Under the pieces are notes generated by a model. That model ran no database searches and was not told the origin of the DNA. It was given only the letters and a program-made list of their open reading frames with translations. Shown in pieces: positions 9,075-17,234 of a stretch of 64,000 bases of DNA. The position numbers were made by a program, and so were the translations under genes. Source of the stretch: a plasmid; sequence record NZ_CP027239.1; one strand, given 5' to 3'. Positions within the stretch are counted from its first letter, which is position 1. Every line of letters begins with the position of its first letter.

Positions 9075-9776
9075 ATGACAATCGCGGTACTGCTCGTGCA
9101 TGGGTTTGGTGGCGACACCGACACCTGGGACACCATCGCCCCGCAGCTGGGCGACGCCGGCCTGATCGTGGAGCGACTGTCGCTGTCCGGGCACGGCTCC
9201 GACGCGGCAGCGCTGGCGACTACGCCGTGGACCGCGTGGGTCGAGGACATGCGTTCCGCGGTCGCGCAGCTCCGCGACCGCGCCGACCGGGTGGTGCTGG
9301 TCGGCTATTCGCTGGGCGCCACCACTGGCCTGTTCGCGCTCGCCGAGCACCTGGTCGACGCCGCGGTGTTGATCTCCCCGAGCGTGGACGTCTCACCGGT
9401 GCAGCGGGCTGCGGTCGGTGTCCTGTCGACTCTGCGGGTGCCGACGATCCCGCGAAGCCTCGTGGGCACCCGCGACGATGACACCGAGGACGAGGGCGAA
9501 CCGTTGCCGGTGGCGGCGTTGGCGCAGAATCTCGCGTTCAAGGCCGCAGCCCGCGACCTGGAGCTGACTGCGCCGGCTCCGACGCTGCTGGTCGCCGGCG
9601 GGGCCGACGAGGTGGTCGGCCCCGATGCTGCCGGGCGTGTACTGGCGAAGTTCCCGCAGGGCACCCGGCTCATCACGCTCGCTGGGGGAGAGCACGACCT
9701 GCCCGGCGGGCCGCTAGCTAGTCAGGTCGCCGATCTGGTTGGCGAGTTCGTGAGCTCGACTGGCCGGGCGGACTAG
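9075..9776 (+). CDS. Alpha/beta-fold hydrolase (esterase/lipase-like).
   Basis: Internal ATG preceded by GGAG. HGFGGD oxyanion-type motif. GYSLGA nucleophile elbow (G-x-S-x-G). Candidate D and H follow downstream. The N-terminal extension of the track ORF (8673..) is low-complexity and is rejected. Confidence 0.65.
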   Translation: MTIAVLLVHGFGGDTDTWDTIAPQLGDAGLIVERLSLSGHGSDAAALATTPWTAWVEDMRSAVAQLRDRADRVVLVGYSLGATTGLFALAEHLVDAAVLISPSVDVSPVQRAAVGVLSTLRVPTIPRSLVGTRDDDTEDEGEPLPVAALAQNLAFKAAARDLELTAPAPTLLVAGGADEVVGPDAAGRVLAKFPQGTRLITLAGGEHDLPGGPLASQVADLVGEFVSSTGRAD

Positions 9777-9993
9777 CTTCATCCGTCGGCTGCGGCGTGT
9801 ACTTGCGGGCCAGCCCCTCCGGGGTTCCCCAGAACTGCCGGCCGGTCCGGAGGTTTCGCAGGCGTAGTGAGCGATTGCCTGCCCCTGATTCGGCACTGGA
9901 GTCCTCTACGACCAGCACTTCGGCATTGTCCGATTTCCGTTCCCATACCTGGCCTTGAAGGCTCGGCCGAGCGGGCCCTGCGCTCTTGGTCAT
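9718..9993 (-). CDS. Small hypothetical protein, fourth member of a translationally coupled chain.
   Basis: 91 aa. Its start overlaps the stop of the upstream gene in an ATGA arrangement. Its 3' end overlaps the convergent hydrolase gene by about 59 nt, which lowers confidence. Confidence 0.3.
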   Translation of the reverse strand: MTKSAGPARPSLQGQVWERKSDNAEVLVVEDSSAESGAGNRSLRLRNLRTGRQFWGTPEGLARKYTPQPTDEASPPGQSSSRTRQPDRRPD

Positions 9994-10271
9994 GACTCAC
10001 CTTTTCTCGTCGATTGTGCGCCTGGTCGAGGTCCGGCGCCGGTGGAGTACTGCTGTCCGGCTCGACGGGCGCGGTAGCCGGCCGCGTAGCCGTCTGCCCA
10101 TGCCGCCGACACCTCGAGCGGGGCGACCGCGATCAGGCCTTTCTCTTGCAGGTCGCGGGCGGCTTTCTGGGCCATTCGCTCGAGCGGCACGGAGTACGGG
10201 TCTGTATCGCGGTGCAGGGCCCGGTAGATGGCGTCCGCAACCTGCTCGGTTGCGCGGTCCGGGCTCATCAT
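9990..10271 (-). CDS. Small hypothetical protein.
   Basis: Real start taken at MMSPDRATEQ (94 aa). This start makes a 4-nt ATGA overlap with the stop of 10268..10741. The Arg-rich N-extension in the track ORF is rejected. Confidence 0.45.
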   Translation of the reverse strand: MMSPDRATEQVADAIYRALHRDTDPYSVPLERMAQKAARDLQEKGLIAVAPLEVSAAWADGYAAGYRARRAGQQYSTGAGPRPGAQSTRKGES

Positions 10272-10741
10272 TGGTCGGCCTCTCGATACGGGTTGTCTGC
10301 CATCGCTTGACGCCGCGTCGCGCTGCCGATGGTCGGCTCGAGGTGGTAGACGGCCTCTACCCATCCTTCGGCTCGCCCCTCGCGCTTGGTCTCGGCGTGC
10401 AGCCGGTCGGCTGTCTCCAGCCGGGTCCACGAGCCGTCGCGGGTCAGGCGCCACTCGCTGCCGTCGGCTTCGTTGACGAGCCGGTAGTGCTCGGGGTGTC
10501 GGGTGGTGACTGCTGCTGACACCAGCTCGCCGGCCGGTTCGGCCCTGTTGGCGACGTCGGGGCCGTCTGTCCGATTCGTTCGCTGCTCGTGCGACTCGGG
10601 CTTCGGCTGGTGCTCGTCGAGCCATGTCGCGACCGCGTCGAGGACTGCGCCCATCGCGCCCACGCCGTCTGTGTCCATCGCCTCGAAGTACACGTCGAAC
10701 ATTAACCCCGCGTCGGGCAGGTCTTCTCTGGTCCAGCTCAT
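10268..10741 (-). CDS. Small acidic hypothetical protein, located in the gene cluster downstream of ssb (leading-region-like).
   Basis: Internal ATG at 10741 (MSWTREDLPDAG..., 157 aa) with GGGAGAA upstream. Strongly acidic. First gene of an overlapping four-gene chain. Confidence 0.5.
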   Translation of the reverse strand: MSWTREDLPDAGLMFDVYFEAMDTDGVGAMGAVLDAVATWLDEHQPKPESHEQRTNRTDGPDVANRAEPAGELVSAAVTTRHPEHYRLVNEADGSEWRLTRDGSWTRLETADRLHAETKREGRAEGWVEAVYHLEPTIGSATRRQAMADNPYREADQ

Positions 10742-10766
10742 GCGCTCATTCTCCCGTTCCAATTCG

Positions 10767-10799
10767 CTCTCCTCGGGCGGAATGACCGCCCGAGGAGAG
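10767..10799 (-). terminator. Perfect 14-bp stem / 5-nt loop hairpin downstream of ssb. A second 11-bp inverted repeat lies adjacent (10807..10817 pairs with 10849..10860).
   Basis: ctctcctcgggcgg aatga ccgcccgaggagag. Located between the ssb stop and the next gene's RBS. Confidence 0.4.
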
Positions 10800-10894
10800 C
10801 GCGGCCCCGGAGGGACCTCATCCGGTACGCGTCCGATCAGCCCAACGCGGTCCCCTCCGGCGTTACCCGGCTGCCCCGGCCACACTCGCTTACA

Positions 10895-11497
10895 TCAGAA
10901 CGGGGGTTCGTCGTCCTGGCCGCCGAAGCCTCCGCCCGCGTTGGCACTGGCGGCAGCGCCCCACGGGTCGTCGATCTGGTCAGATCCCTGACCACCTCCG
11001 AAGCCGCCACTCTGCTGGCCGCCGCCGAAGCCTCCCTCGGGCTGACCACCACCGAAGCCGCCCTGGCCACCTCCCTGGGGCTGGCCGCCGCCGAAGCCGC
11101 CACCCTGCTGGCCGCCGCCCTGGTTGCCGCGGCTGGTGCGGGTGACCTTGGCGGTGGCGTACTTGAGGGACGGGCCGACCTCGTCGACCTCGACCTCGTA
11201 GACGGTGCGCTTCTCGCCCTCGCGGGTCTCGTAGGAGCGCTGCCGCAGCCGGCCGTTGACGATGACGCGCATGCCCTTCTGCAGCGACTCGGCGACATTC
11301 TCCGCCGCCTGCCGCCAGACGTTGCAGGTGAGGAACAGGCCGTCGCCGTCTTCCCACTGGTTCGTCTGGGAGTTGAAGCGGCGCGGGGTGGAGGCGATGC
11401 GGAAGTTGGCGACCGCGGCGCCCGACGGGGTGAACCGCAGTTCCGGGTCGGCGACGATGTTGCCGATGACGGTGATGGGGGTGTCGCCCTGACTCAT
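10895..11497 (-). CDS. ssb: Single-stranded DNA-binding protein.
   Basis: 200 aa. N-terminal OB fold ([28 protein letters not shown]...[15 protein letters not shown]). Gly/Gln-rich tail. C-terminal acidic DDEPPF motif. Confidence 0.92.
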   Translation of the reverse strand: MSQGDTPITVIGNIVADPELRFTPSGAAVANFRIASTPRRFNSQTNQWEDGDGLFLTCNVWRQAAENVAESLQKGMRVIVNGRLRQRSYETREGEKRTVYEVEVDEVGPSLKYATAKVTRTSRGNQGGGQQGGGFGGGQPQGGGQGGFGGGQPEGGFGGGQQSGGFGGGQGSDQIDDPWGAAASANAGGGFGGQDDEPPF

Positions 11498-11651
11498 GGT
11501 GTCTCCTAGGTCGTGGGTTCAGGCGGTGAGCCGGTGTGCCGGTCTCGGGCAGGAGCATCGCACGACGATTTGCCGGTGTGGCGTCTCCGCGACCTGCACG
11601 TTGACGGGAATCGCCGGCAGAGTCTCGCTGGTCAAAGGCAAGGGAAGGGGA

Positions 11652-11863
11652 GGACCATCGCCGCTCGCGTGGGGAGCACGCGGCGCCGGCCTGGAGGATG
11701 CGCCGTTGCATGGGACCATCACCGCTCGCGTGGGGAGGACCCCCGTACAGTGCGTCGGGCTGGAGCTGGCCCCAGGACCATCCCCGCTCGCGTGGAGAGC
11801 ACTTGCCTCACCTGATGCAGACACCAGCTATCTCCGGACCGTCCACGCTCGCGTGGAGAGCAC
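11652..11863 (-). CRISPR. Orphan CRISPR mini-array: four 28-bp type I-E-like repeats and three 33-34-bp spacers. No cas genes in the window.
   Basis: Repeats at 11652-11679, 11713-11740, 11775-11802 and 11836-11863. Their reverse complements are GTGCTCCCCACGCGAGCGGCGATGGTCC, GTCCTCCCCACGCGAGCGGTGATGGTCC, GTGCTCTCCACGCGAGCGGGGATGGTCC and GTGCTCTCCACGCGAGCGTGGACGGTCC. Period is 61-62 bp. Each repeat carries 1-4 substitutions. Confidence 0.6.
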
Positions 11864-12020
11864 ACTCGCTACGCTGCGGGTTTTCTCCGTGTACGCGTGG
11901 TTGGGGATGGGTTCGGGATTGCTCCCGAACGGTGACCACCGCGGTGGCCTTCACGCTTCGCCGGTCCCGCGCCGTTCCCGCCTGATAGCGGTTCGGGCAC
12001 GGGGCCTCCACGTGCATTAA

Positions 12021-12043
12021 CGTCCCCACCCTCCGTGGGGACG
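12021..12043 (-). terminator. Perfect 9-bp stem hairpin (cgtccccac cctcc gtggggacg).
   Basis: Inverted repeat read directly from the sequence. Lies between the CRISPR array and the 12121..13761 gene. Confidence 0.3.
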
Positions 12044-12078
12044 GCCGCCCTCTCCGGCGGCTACGGCGCGGCCCGGGC

Positions 12079-12114
12079 CCCGACTATGCGGGCGGATGTG
12101 ACCACATAGTCGGG
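12079..12114 (-). terminator. 10-bp stem hairpin immediately downstream of the stop of the 12121..13761 gene.
   Basis: cccgactatg ... catagtcggg inverted repeat 7 nt after the stop codon. Confidence 0.4.
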
Positions 12115-12120
12115 TGCCTG

Positions 12121-13761
12121 TCAGGCGGGAATCTGCTCGGGGTACTCCTTGTAGGCGTCGTGCGCTGCCTTGGTGAACGCCTTGGGGTCGGCCAGACCCG
12201 CGCGCACCATGCGCTCGAACCGGTCGGCCGGGATCCTGCTCGACAGGTGGGTACCGAAGTTCTTCCGCAGGATCGGGTTCAGCTGATCAAGGTGCTGGGC
12301 CATGCCGATGGTCTCGATCAGCTCGTCCCACAGGCCCTGCAGGTCGTGGCGGTCGGCCAAGGTCTGCCCCTCCGGCACCGCCAGCGCAGAGTTCTCCACG
12401 GCGGGAGCAGGGGCCGGTGCCTGCTCCTGCGCGGGCTCCTGCGGTGCCGACTGCTCGGGCGGCGCCTGCTGTGCCGACTCCTGCTCGGGGACGTTGTGGC
12501 CGCCACCGTCGGGGCCGCCGCTGGAGGGCGCGCCGACGATGTCGGATGCCACTTCCAGGGCCAGCGCGTACAGGTCGCCGGCCGCCGCGGCGACCCGCTT
12601 GATCCATTCGGAGCTCTCGTGTCGATCCTCGACGTACTCGAGGACGAAGGGCTGCTCCGCCAGGGCGACCTGGGCCACCCACTTGGCGGCCTCGCGCCAC
12701 GACGGCTCGGTCTGGCGCTGGTAGCCCAGTGCGGTCTGCTGGACCCGGCTCGCGGCCCACATGAGCGGCTTGATCAGCTCGGTCGCCGCGCGGCTCAGGC
12801 GCTCATCGCCCAGCTGTGCCGCCTTCTCCGGGTCGGCGTAGGCGGCGCTCTGCACCAGGTCGAGGGCGTCCTTACGGGCCCAGCGGACGGACTGCACGAT
12901 GTACGAGGCCGGGTTGAGTCGACCGTCGAGGTTGACCAGCTCCCACGGCTTGCTTTCGACTGACCGCAGGCGCTGTACGGGCCGGTCAGTGTCGTCGCCC
13001 CGCATGATGCTGACGACCTGCTCGGCGATCTGGCGGGCATCGACTGCGCCGCCGGTCGGTGCGCCGGGCGCGGCTGCGGGGGAGGCGTTGTCGGAGCGGA
13101 CGATCGCGCCGCCGGTCTCGCCTGCCTCGGTGAAGATGCGGACCCAACCCTCGGGCGGTGTGGAGCCGTCGCGGTTGTGCCGGAACAGGTCCCACTCTTC
13201 GGGGTTGGTGGAGGCTTCCGCACTGATGACGTTGCGGGAAGGGTCGCCGGCGGGACCCACGACGGCGATCACGTTGGCGCAGTTCTCGCCCGTGATGTTC
13301 GAGTTGGCGCCGCTGCCGTCTGGCGCTGAGCCGCGCAGCACGCACATCGGCACGGTGTACGGGATGACCTCGCCGGACTTGTTCTTGTAGCGGCGGCGGG
13401 TCTCGATGGCCACGTAGACCGGTTCGCCATGCTCATGAGCCCAATGCAGCGCTCGGTGCACCTCCGAGCTCTCAACGGTGGAACCGGAGAAGTCGTGCCT
13501 GAGCTTCTTGTCGCTGCCGGTCTCCGAGGATGCGGCATCGAACGTCACCGACACCGAGCGCACCCCGCCGCGGCCCTCCCTGTCGGAGACCTTGATCTCC
13601 TTGACCAGAACGGACGTGAACTCGCGGACGTACACCTCGGGACGCACGGGCCGCTGCGTGACGTCGCCGTCAGCGGTGAGCTTGACCGCGACGGGCTTGG
13701 TCGGTGCGCTGGCGTAACCGATCCAGCTGGTCGGGTGGGTCTGGCGGGTGAAGGTCGTCAT
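12121..13761 (-). CDS. Hypothetical protein (546 aa). Context suggests a replication/recombination role.
   Basis: Good GAAGGAA SD. Codon usage matches the flanks. Gln/Pro/Ala-rich low-complexity linker near the C-terminus. No convincing match to Rep or relaxase motifs (an HWAHEH tract was considered and not accepted). Confidence 0.6.
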   Translation of the reverse strand: MTTFTRQTHPTSWIGYASAPTKPVAVKLTADGDVTQRPVRPEVYVREFTSVLVKEIKVSDREGRGGVRSVSVTFDAASSETGSDKKLRHDFSGSTVESSEVHRALHWAHEHGEPVYVAIETRRRYKNKSGEVIPYTVPMCVLRGSAPDGSGANSNITGENCANVIAVVGPAGDPSRNVISAEASTNPEEWDLFRHNRDGSTPPEGWVRIFTEAGETGGAIVRSDNASPAAAPGAPTGGAVDARQIAEQVVSIMRGDDTDRPVQRLRSVESKPWELVNLDGRLNPASYIVQSVRWARKDALDLVQSAAYADPEKAAQLGDERLSRAATELIKPLMWAASRVQQTALGYQRQTEPSWREAAKWVAQVALAEQPFVLEYVEDRHESSEWIKRVAAAAGDLYALALEVASDIVGAPSSGGPDGGGHNVPEQESAQQAPPEQSAPQEPAQEQAPAPAPAVENSALAVPEGQTLADRHDLQGLWDELIETIGMAQHLDQLNPILRKNFGTHLSSRIPADRFERMVRAGLADPKAFTKAAHDAYKEYPEQIPA

Positions 13762-13941
13762 TACTGTTCCTTCGGCGTTCGGGGTGGGTCCGTGTTGCCC
13801 ACATCAAATCACGCCGCACTGACACTGCAGCACGACGAAATCGTGGCTGATCAGCGCGGCGGGCGCCTCGCCATTTCTCCGCACCGCGCGGTCGGTGTTC
13901 GGGGCCGTGGCGGCGGCATGACCCGCCGATAGGGTCCGGCC

Positions 13942-14805
13942 ATGACCAGCATCGACCTGGGCCAACTGTTGGAGTCCGGCACCCACAAACAGTGCCCCGA
14001 CTGCCAGTTCCGCATCATCCCGATCTCGGCACGCTCCTGCTCGCAATGCGCTGCCGGCCTCGCGGCGCCCTTGAGCGCACCCCCGAGTCGTCGGCGCACT
14101 ATGGCGCGCGGCGGGGGCCGGAAAGTCGCCGCCACTGTCCGGCACCTGGGAGATGGGTCCCGCACCGGCGCCGGCACCGTTGCCCCCGATTTCCGAGGGG
14201 GACTGGACGCAGCGACCGGCGGAGTGTTCTGGCTGGTCGCACACGGTGTCCCCGTCACCCAGGGGTCCATGGTGGCCGTGGCCGCCGGGAAGATCCGCCG
14301 CGACAACGGCCCCGAGCTGGTGGCCTGGCGCGACGAGATCACCCGCCGGGCACGGCTGCAGGCCGGAAGTGGCTGGACGCCGATCAACGGGCCTGTGCAG
14401 GTCGCCGCATGCCTGACCGTGCCGTGGCCGGCCCGCATGCCGTTCAGCGGTTTCTGCGAGGCCATCGACGCGGTCGGCGACACCCCGGCCAGGCTCGCCC
14501 CCATGGGCACCCCAGATGGCGACAAACTGCTGAGGGCGGTCCAAGACGCACTGTCGCCGCGCGGGGCCAACAGGTTCCACCTCCTCGAAGACGATGCCCG
14601 GGTCATCGACTCGCAGGTCAGCAAGACTTTCCCCGCCCCGGAGCACACTCACCCGTGGGCGCTGGACACTCCGGGCCTGGTGCTGCGGGTGTCGATTCTG
14701 GGGGCGGATGTCGCGCCGATGCCCGGTTCATCTCTGTCCGACCCCGGCGGGCTGCCGGACCCTGCACTGCGGCTGCACCGGTCCTTGGCCCGGCAAATCC
14801 GCTAG
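13942..14805 (+). CDS. RusA-family Holliday-junction resolvase with an N-terminal Cys4 zinc-ribbon.
   Basis: CPDCQ...CSQC near the N-terminus. C-terminal region PDGDKLLRAVQDALSP...LLEDDARVIDSQV matches the RusA catalytic core (DLDNLxKAxxDAL...DDxQV). Confidence 0.55.
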   Translation: MTSIDLGQLLESGTHKQCPDCQFRIIPISARSCSQCAAGLAAPLSAPPSRRRTMARGGGRKVAATVRHLGDGSRTGAGTVAPDFRGGLDAATGGVFWLVAHGVPVTQGSMVAVAAGKIRRDNGPELVAWRDEITRRARLQAGSGWTPINGPVQVAACLTVPWPARMPFSGFCEAIDAVGDTPARLAPMGTPDGDKLLRAVQDALSPRGANRFHLLEDDARVIDSQVSKTFPAPEHTHPWALDTPGLVLRVSILGADVAPMPGSSLSDPGGLPDPALRLHRSLARQIR

Positions 14806-14844
14806 TCCGCACACCTTCTCTCCCCGTCGTTAGGCTGCGCCACC

Positions 14845-16272
14845 ATGACCGAAACCCACCCCGGGCACGTCCAGCCCGCCAACAGTGCGGGCGGGGACGC
14901 CTCCAGCCTGTCTGAGCGGGTTGTGCTCGGCACCCTGCTCGACGGCGACAGTGAGTTTCTGCGCTCGGCGATGCCGGCACTGTCTACCGAGTCGTTCACC
15001 AGACCCGACTTCAAGGCGATCTTTCACGCGGTGGCGACGCTGGACCGGGTCGGCGATGCCATCGACGTCCCCAGCGTCATGCAAGCCCTGGACGAGGTAG
15101 GGCAACTCGCCGGCGTCGGCGGCCCGGCGGCGGTGACCCGCCTGGTCACTGACTCACTGGCCGCGGCCGTCCCGAGGGTGCATCTGCAGCGGGTGATTGA
15201 GGCGACCCAGCTGCGGCAGGTTCACGAGACGATGTCGCGGCTGTTGGCCGCGCGGGCGACACCGGACAGGGTGTTCGACGAGCTCGATGCGATCCGGGAC
15301 GTGGGCGCCGATGTGTCGGTCACGCTGCCCGACCTCGCGGACCAGCTCGACGCCTACCAGCGGGAGCTGCAGCGTCGCCGGTCGATGGACACTCCGCTGG
15401 TGGGTGTGCCGACCGGGTGGCGAGAACTGGACGGCATCTACTCGCCGGATCCGGACAAACGACGAATCGGGCGCCTGCCTGGCGGGTTCGAGCGCAAGCA
15501 CCTGGTGATGGTGGCGGCCCGCCCCGGCGTCGGCAAGACGTCGGTGATCATCGACTTCCTGCGGTCGGCCTGCAAATCCGGCAAGGGGGTGGTGTTCTTC
15601 TCCAACGAGATGCCGGCGCAGGAAATCATCGAGCTCATCGTGTGCGCGGAGGTGGCGCTCTACAAGCGGGACCGCTACAAGTTCCCCGAGGACATCCCGC
15701 CCAGCGGGTGGGACCGGATCGCCGAGGTGCAGGCCGACATCACCCAGAACTGGCACCTGATCATCGACGACCAGGCATCCACGCTGGCCGACCAGCGGCG
15801 CGTCCTGGCCGCCGCGCGCATGAAGTTCCGGGCCGAGGGCGTGGACCTGGACATCGCGTTCCAGGACTTCATTCAGCGGATGAGCACCCCGGGAGGCCGG
15901 GGCAGTAAGGCGCAGCACGAGGAGTTGGGCGACTTCTCCAAGGGCTGGAAAGACATGGCCAAGGAACTCGACATCGCCGCGGTGGTGGCGGCTCAGCTCA
16001 ACCGGTCCAGCGTGGAGGTCGATCGGCTGCCGCGCGCCGACGATCTGCGCGGGTCAGGGTCCCTCGAGCAGGACTCTGACGTCATCATCGGGCTTCACCG
16101 GCCCTACGCCACGGGCGGTCAGGAGTCCGGCCACACCGCTGATGAACTGCAGGTCGTGATGATCAAGGTGCGCCACGGCGCTGCCGGGCACGTCTTCGAG
16201 CGGGCGTTCGTCGGCGAGCTGGCGCAGACGATGGAACCGGCCCGACGGGCCATGCCGGAGCCCCCGCCGTAG
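14845..16272 (+). CDS. DnaB-family replicative DNA helicase.
   Basis: 475 aa. DnaB N-terminal domain (SERVVLGTLLDGDSEFL). Walker A ARPGVGKTS. Walker B LIIDD. C-terminal LRGSGSLEQDSDVIIGLHR arginine-finger region. Confidence 0.8.
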   Translation: MTETHPGHVQPANSAGGDASSLSERVVLGTLLDGDSEFLRSAMPALSTESFTRPDFKAIFHAVATLDRVGDAIDVPSVMQALDEVGQLAGVGGPAAVTRLVTDSLAAAVPRVHLQRVIEATQLRQVHETMSRLLAARATPDRVFDELDAIRDVGADVSVTLPDLADQLDAYQRELQRRRSMDTPLVGVPTGWRELDGIYSPDPDKRRIGRLPGGFERKHLVMVAARPGVGKTSVIIDFLRSACKSGKGVVFFSNEMPAQEIIELIVCAEVALYKRDRYKFPEDIPPSGWDRIAEVQADITQNWHLIIDDQASTLADQRRVLAAARMKFRAEGVDLDIAFQDFIQRMSTPGGRGSKAQHEELGDFSKGWKDMAKELDIAAVVAAQLNRSSVEVDRLPRADDLRGSGSLEQDSDVIIGLHRPYATGGQESGHTADELQVVMIKVRHGAAGHVFERAFVGELAQTMEPARRAMPEPPP

Positions 16273-16289
16273 GGGCGCCCCACCGCCGG

Positions 16290-17069
16290 CTAGGCGTCGC
16301 GCATGTCTTTGGCCTTCATCATCTGCCGCTCCCACAGCAGGTTCAGAGTCGAGATCGCGTTGTCGGTGACCGACCCCCGGATCGTCAACGCGCCCTCCAT
16401 CGTCAGGTCCCGGTAGCGGGACACCGCGTACAGGGTGCTGGTGGTGCCCAGGTTCCGGCCGTCCTGCAGCCGGGTCAGCGTGACCACGTAGACGCGGTTG
16501 TCGTCCATGCCCCAGTAGTCCTTCTCCACGGGCAGGACCTGCACCTTCTGCACGTGGTGGACACCGTCCTTGTCGAAAGTGGTGCGGGGGCACACGGCTG
16601 TCCACTCGTCGATCGTCGACAACGGGCGGAGCTCGGGGTTGGCGATGTCGATGGTCATCTGCGCGTTGTAGGCCACCAACGTCAGCGTCTCCCCGGACCA
16701 GCTCGACGACCAGTCCCGCGAGACTTCCTGCGCCTTCTGGTGCAGCTCCCCACCGGGCACGCACTCGGCAGGGGAGGCCGCCGTGATCGTCTCGTCCGGC
16801 TCAGCGATGCCAGTCGGGGCCTCGCGCAGTTCACCCACCCAGCCGGTGAACGTCGGTGCGGGCAGATCCTGGCCGCCGGTATCGACCAGGTAGTCCTGGT
16901 AGGCGGTGGTGTCGGTTTTCGGCTCTCGCCCCCACATGAACATCGTCGTGGTGAGCAGCAGGCCGATGATGACCACCATCGCCCCGGCGCCCATCGCGGT
17001 CTTGGTGCTGCTGGACTGGCCCGCGAACCAGTCGCGGACACCGCCGGCCGACTTCCGCACTGCCGTCAT
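16290..17069 (-). CDS. Membrane-anchored hypothetical protein. Start uncertain: the track ORF extends to 17216 with a TTG, and an ATG alternative lies at 17150.
   Basis: Short basic N-terminus, then a TM helix (AMGAGAMVVIIGLLLTTTMFMW), then an extracytoplasmic domain. Divergent from the actin-like ATPase gene. Confidence 0.45.
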   Translation of the reverse strand: MTAVRKSAGGVRDWFAGQSSSTKTAMGAGAMVVIIGLLLTTTMFMWGREPKTDTTAYQDYLVDTGGQDLPAPTFTGWVGELREAPTGIAEPDETITAASPAECVPGGELHQKAQEVSRDWSSSWSGETLTLVAYNAQMTIDIANPELRPLSTIDEWTAVCPRTTFDKDGVHHVQKVQVLPVEKDYWGMDDNRVYVVTLTRLQDGRNLGTTSTLYAVSRYRDLTMEGALTIRGSVTDNAISTLNLLWERQMMKAKDMRDA

Positions 17070-17234
17070 CGCCTTGTTGCTCTTCACACCCACGGGGCCC
17101 TTCTCGCGCAGTCCATATCCGGAATCGGCGCCATCGTCCCACCGGCTCATGCCGCCGCGATCGGCTCGCACGGGCGGCGGCACGCCCATGGCCCATGCTG
17201 GTAGCCGCACCGCCAACGAAAGGTCAGTACACCG

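Noticed and set aside
11880-11925. Possible fifth, degenerate CRISPR repeat (gtacgcgtggttggggatgg).
   Set aside because: Spacing from repeat 4 is about 44 bp rather than 61-62 bp, and fewer than half the positions match.
12121-13761. 546-aa protein as the missing relaxase, on the basis of an HWAHEH tract resembling a relaxase His motif.
   Set aside because: The middle residue is Glu rather than hydrophobic. There is no upstream catalytic Tyr motif and no other MOB-family motifs. It is left as hypothetical.
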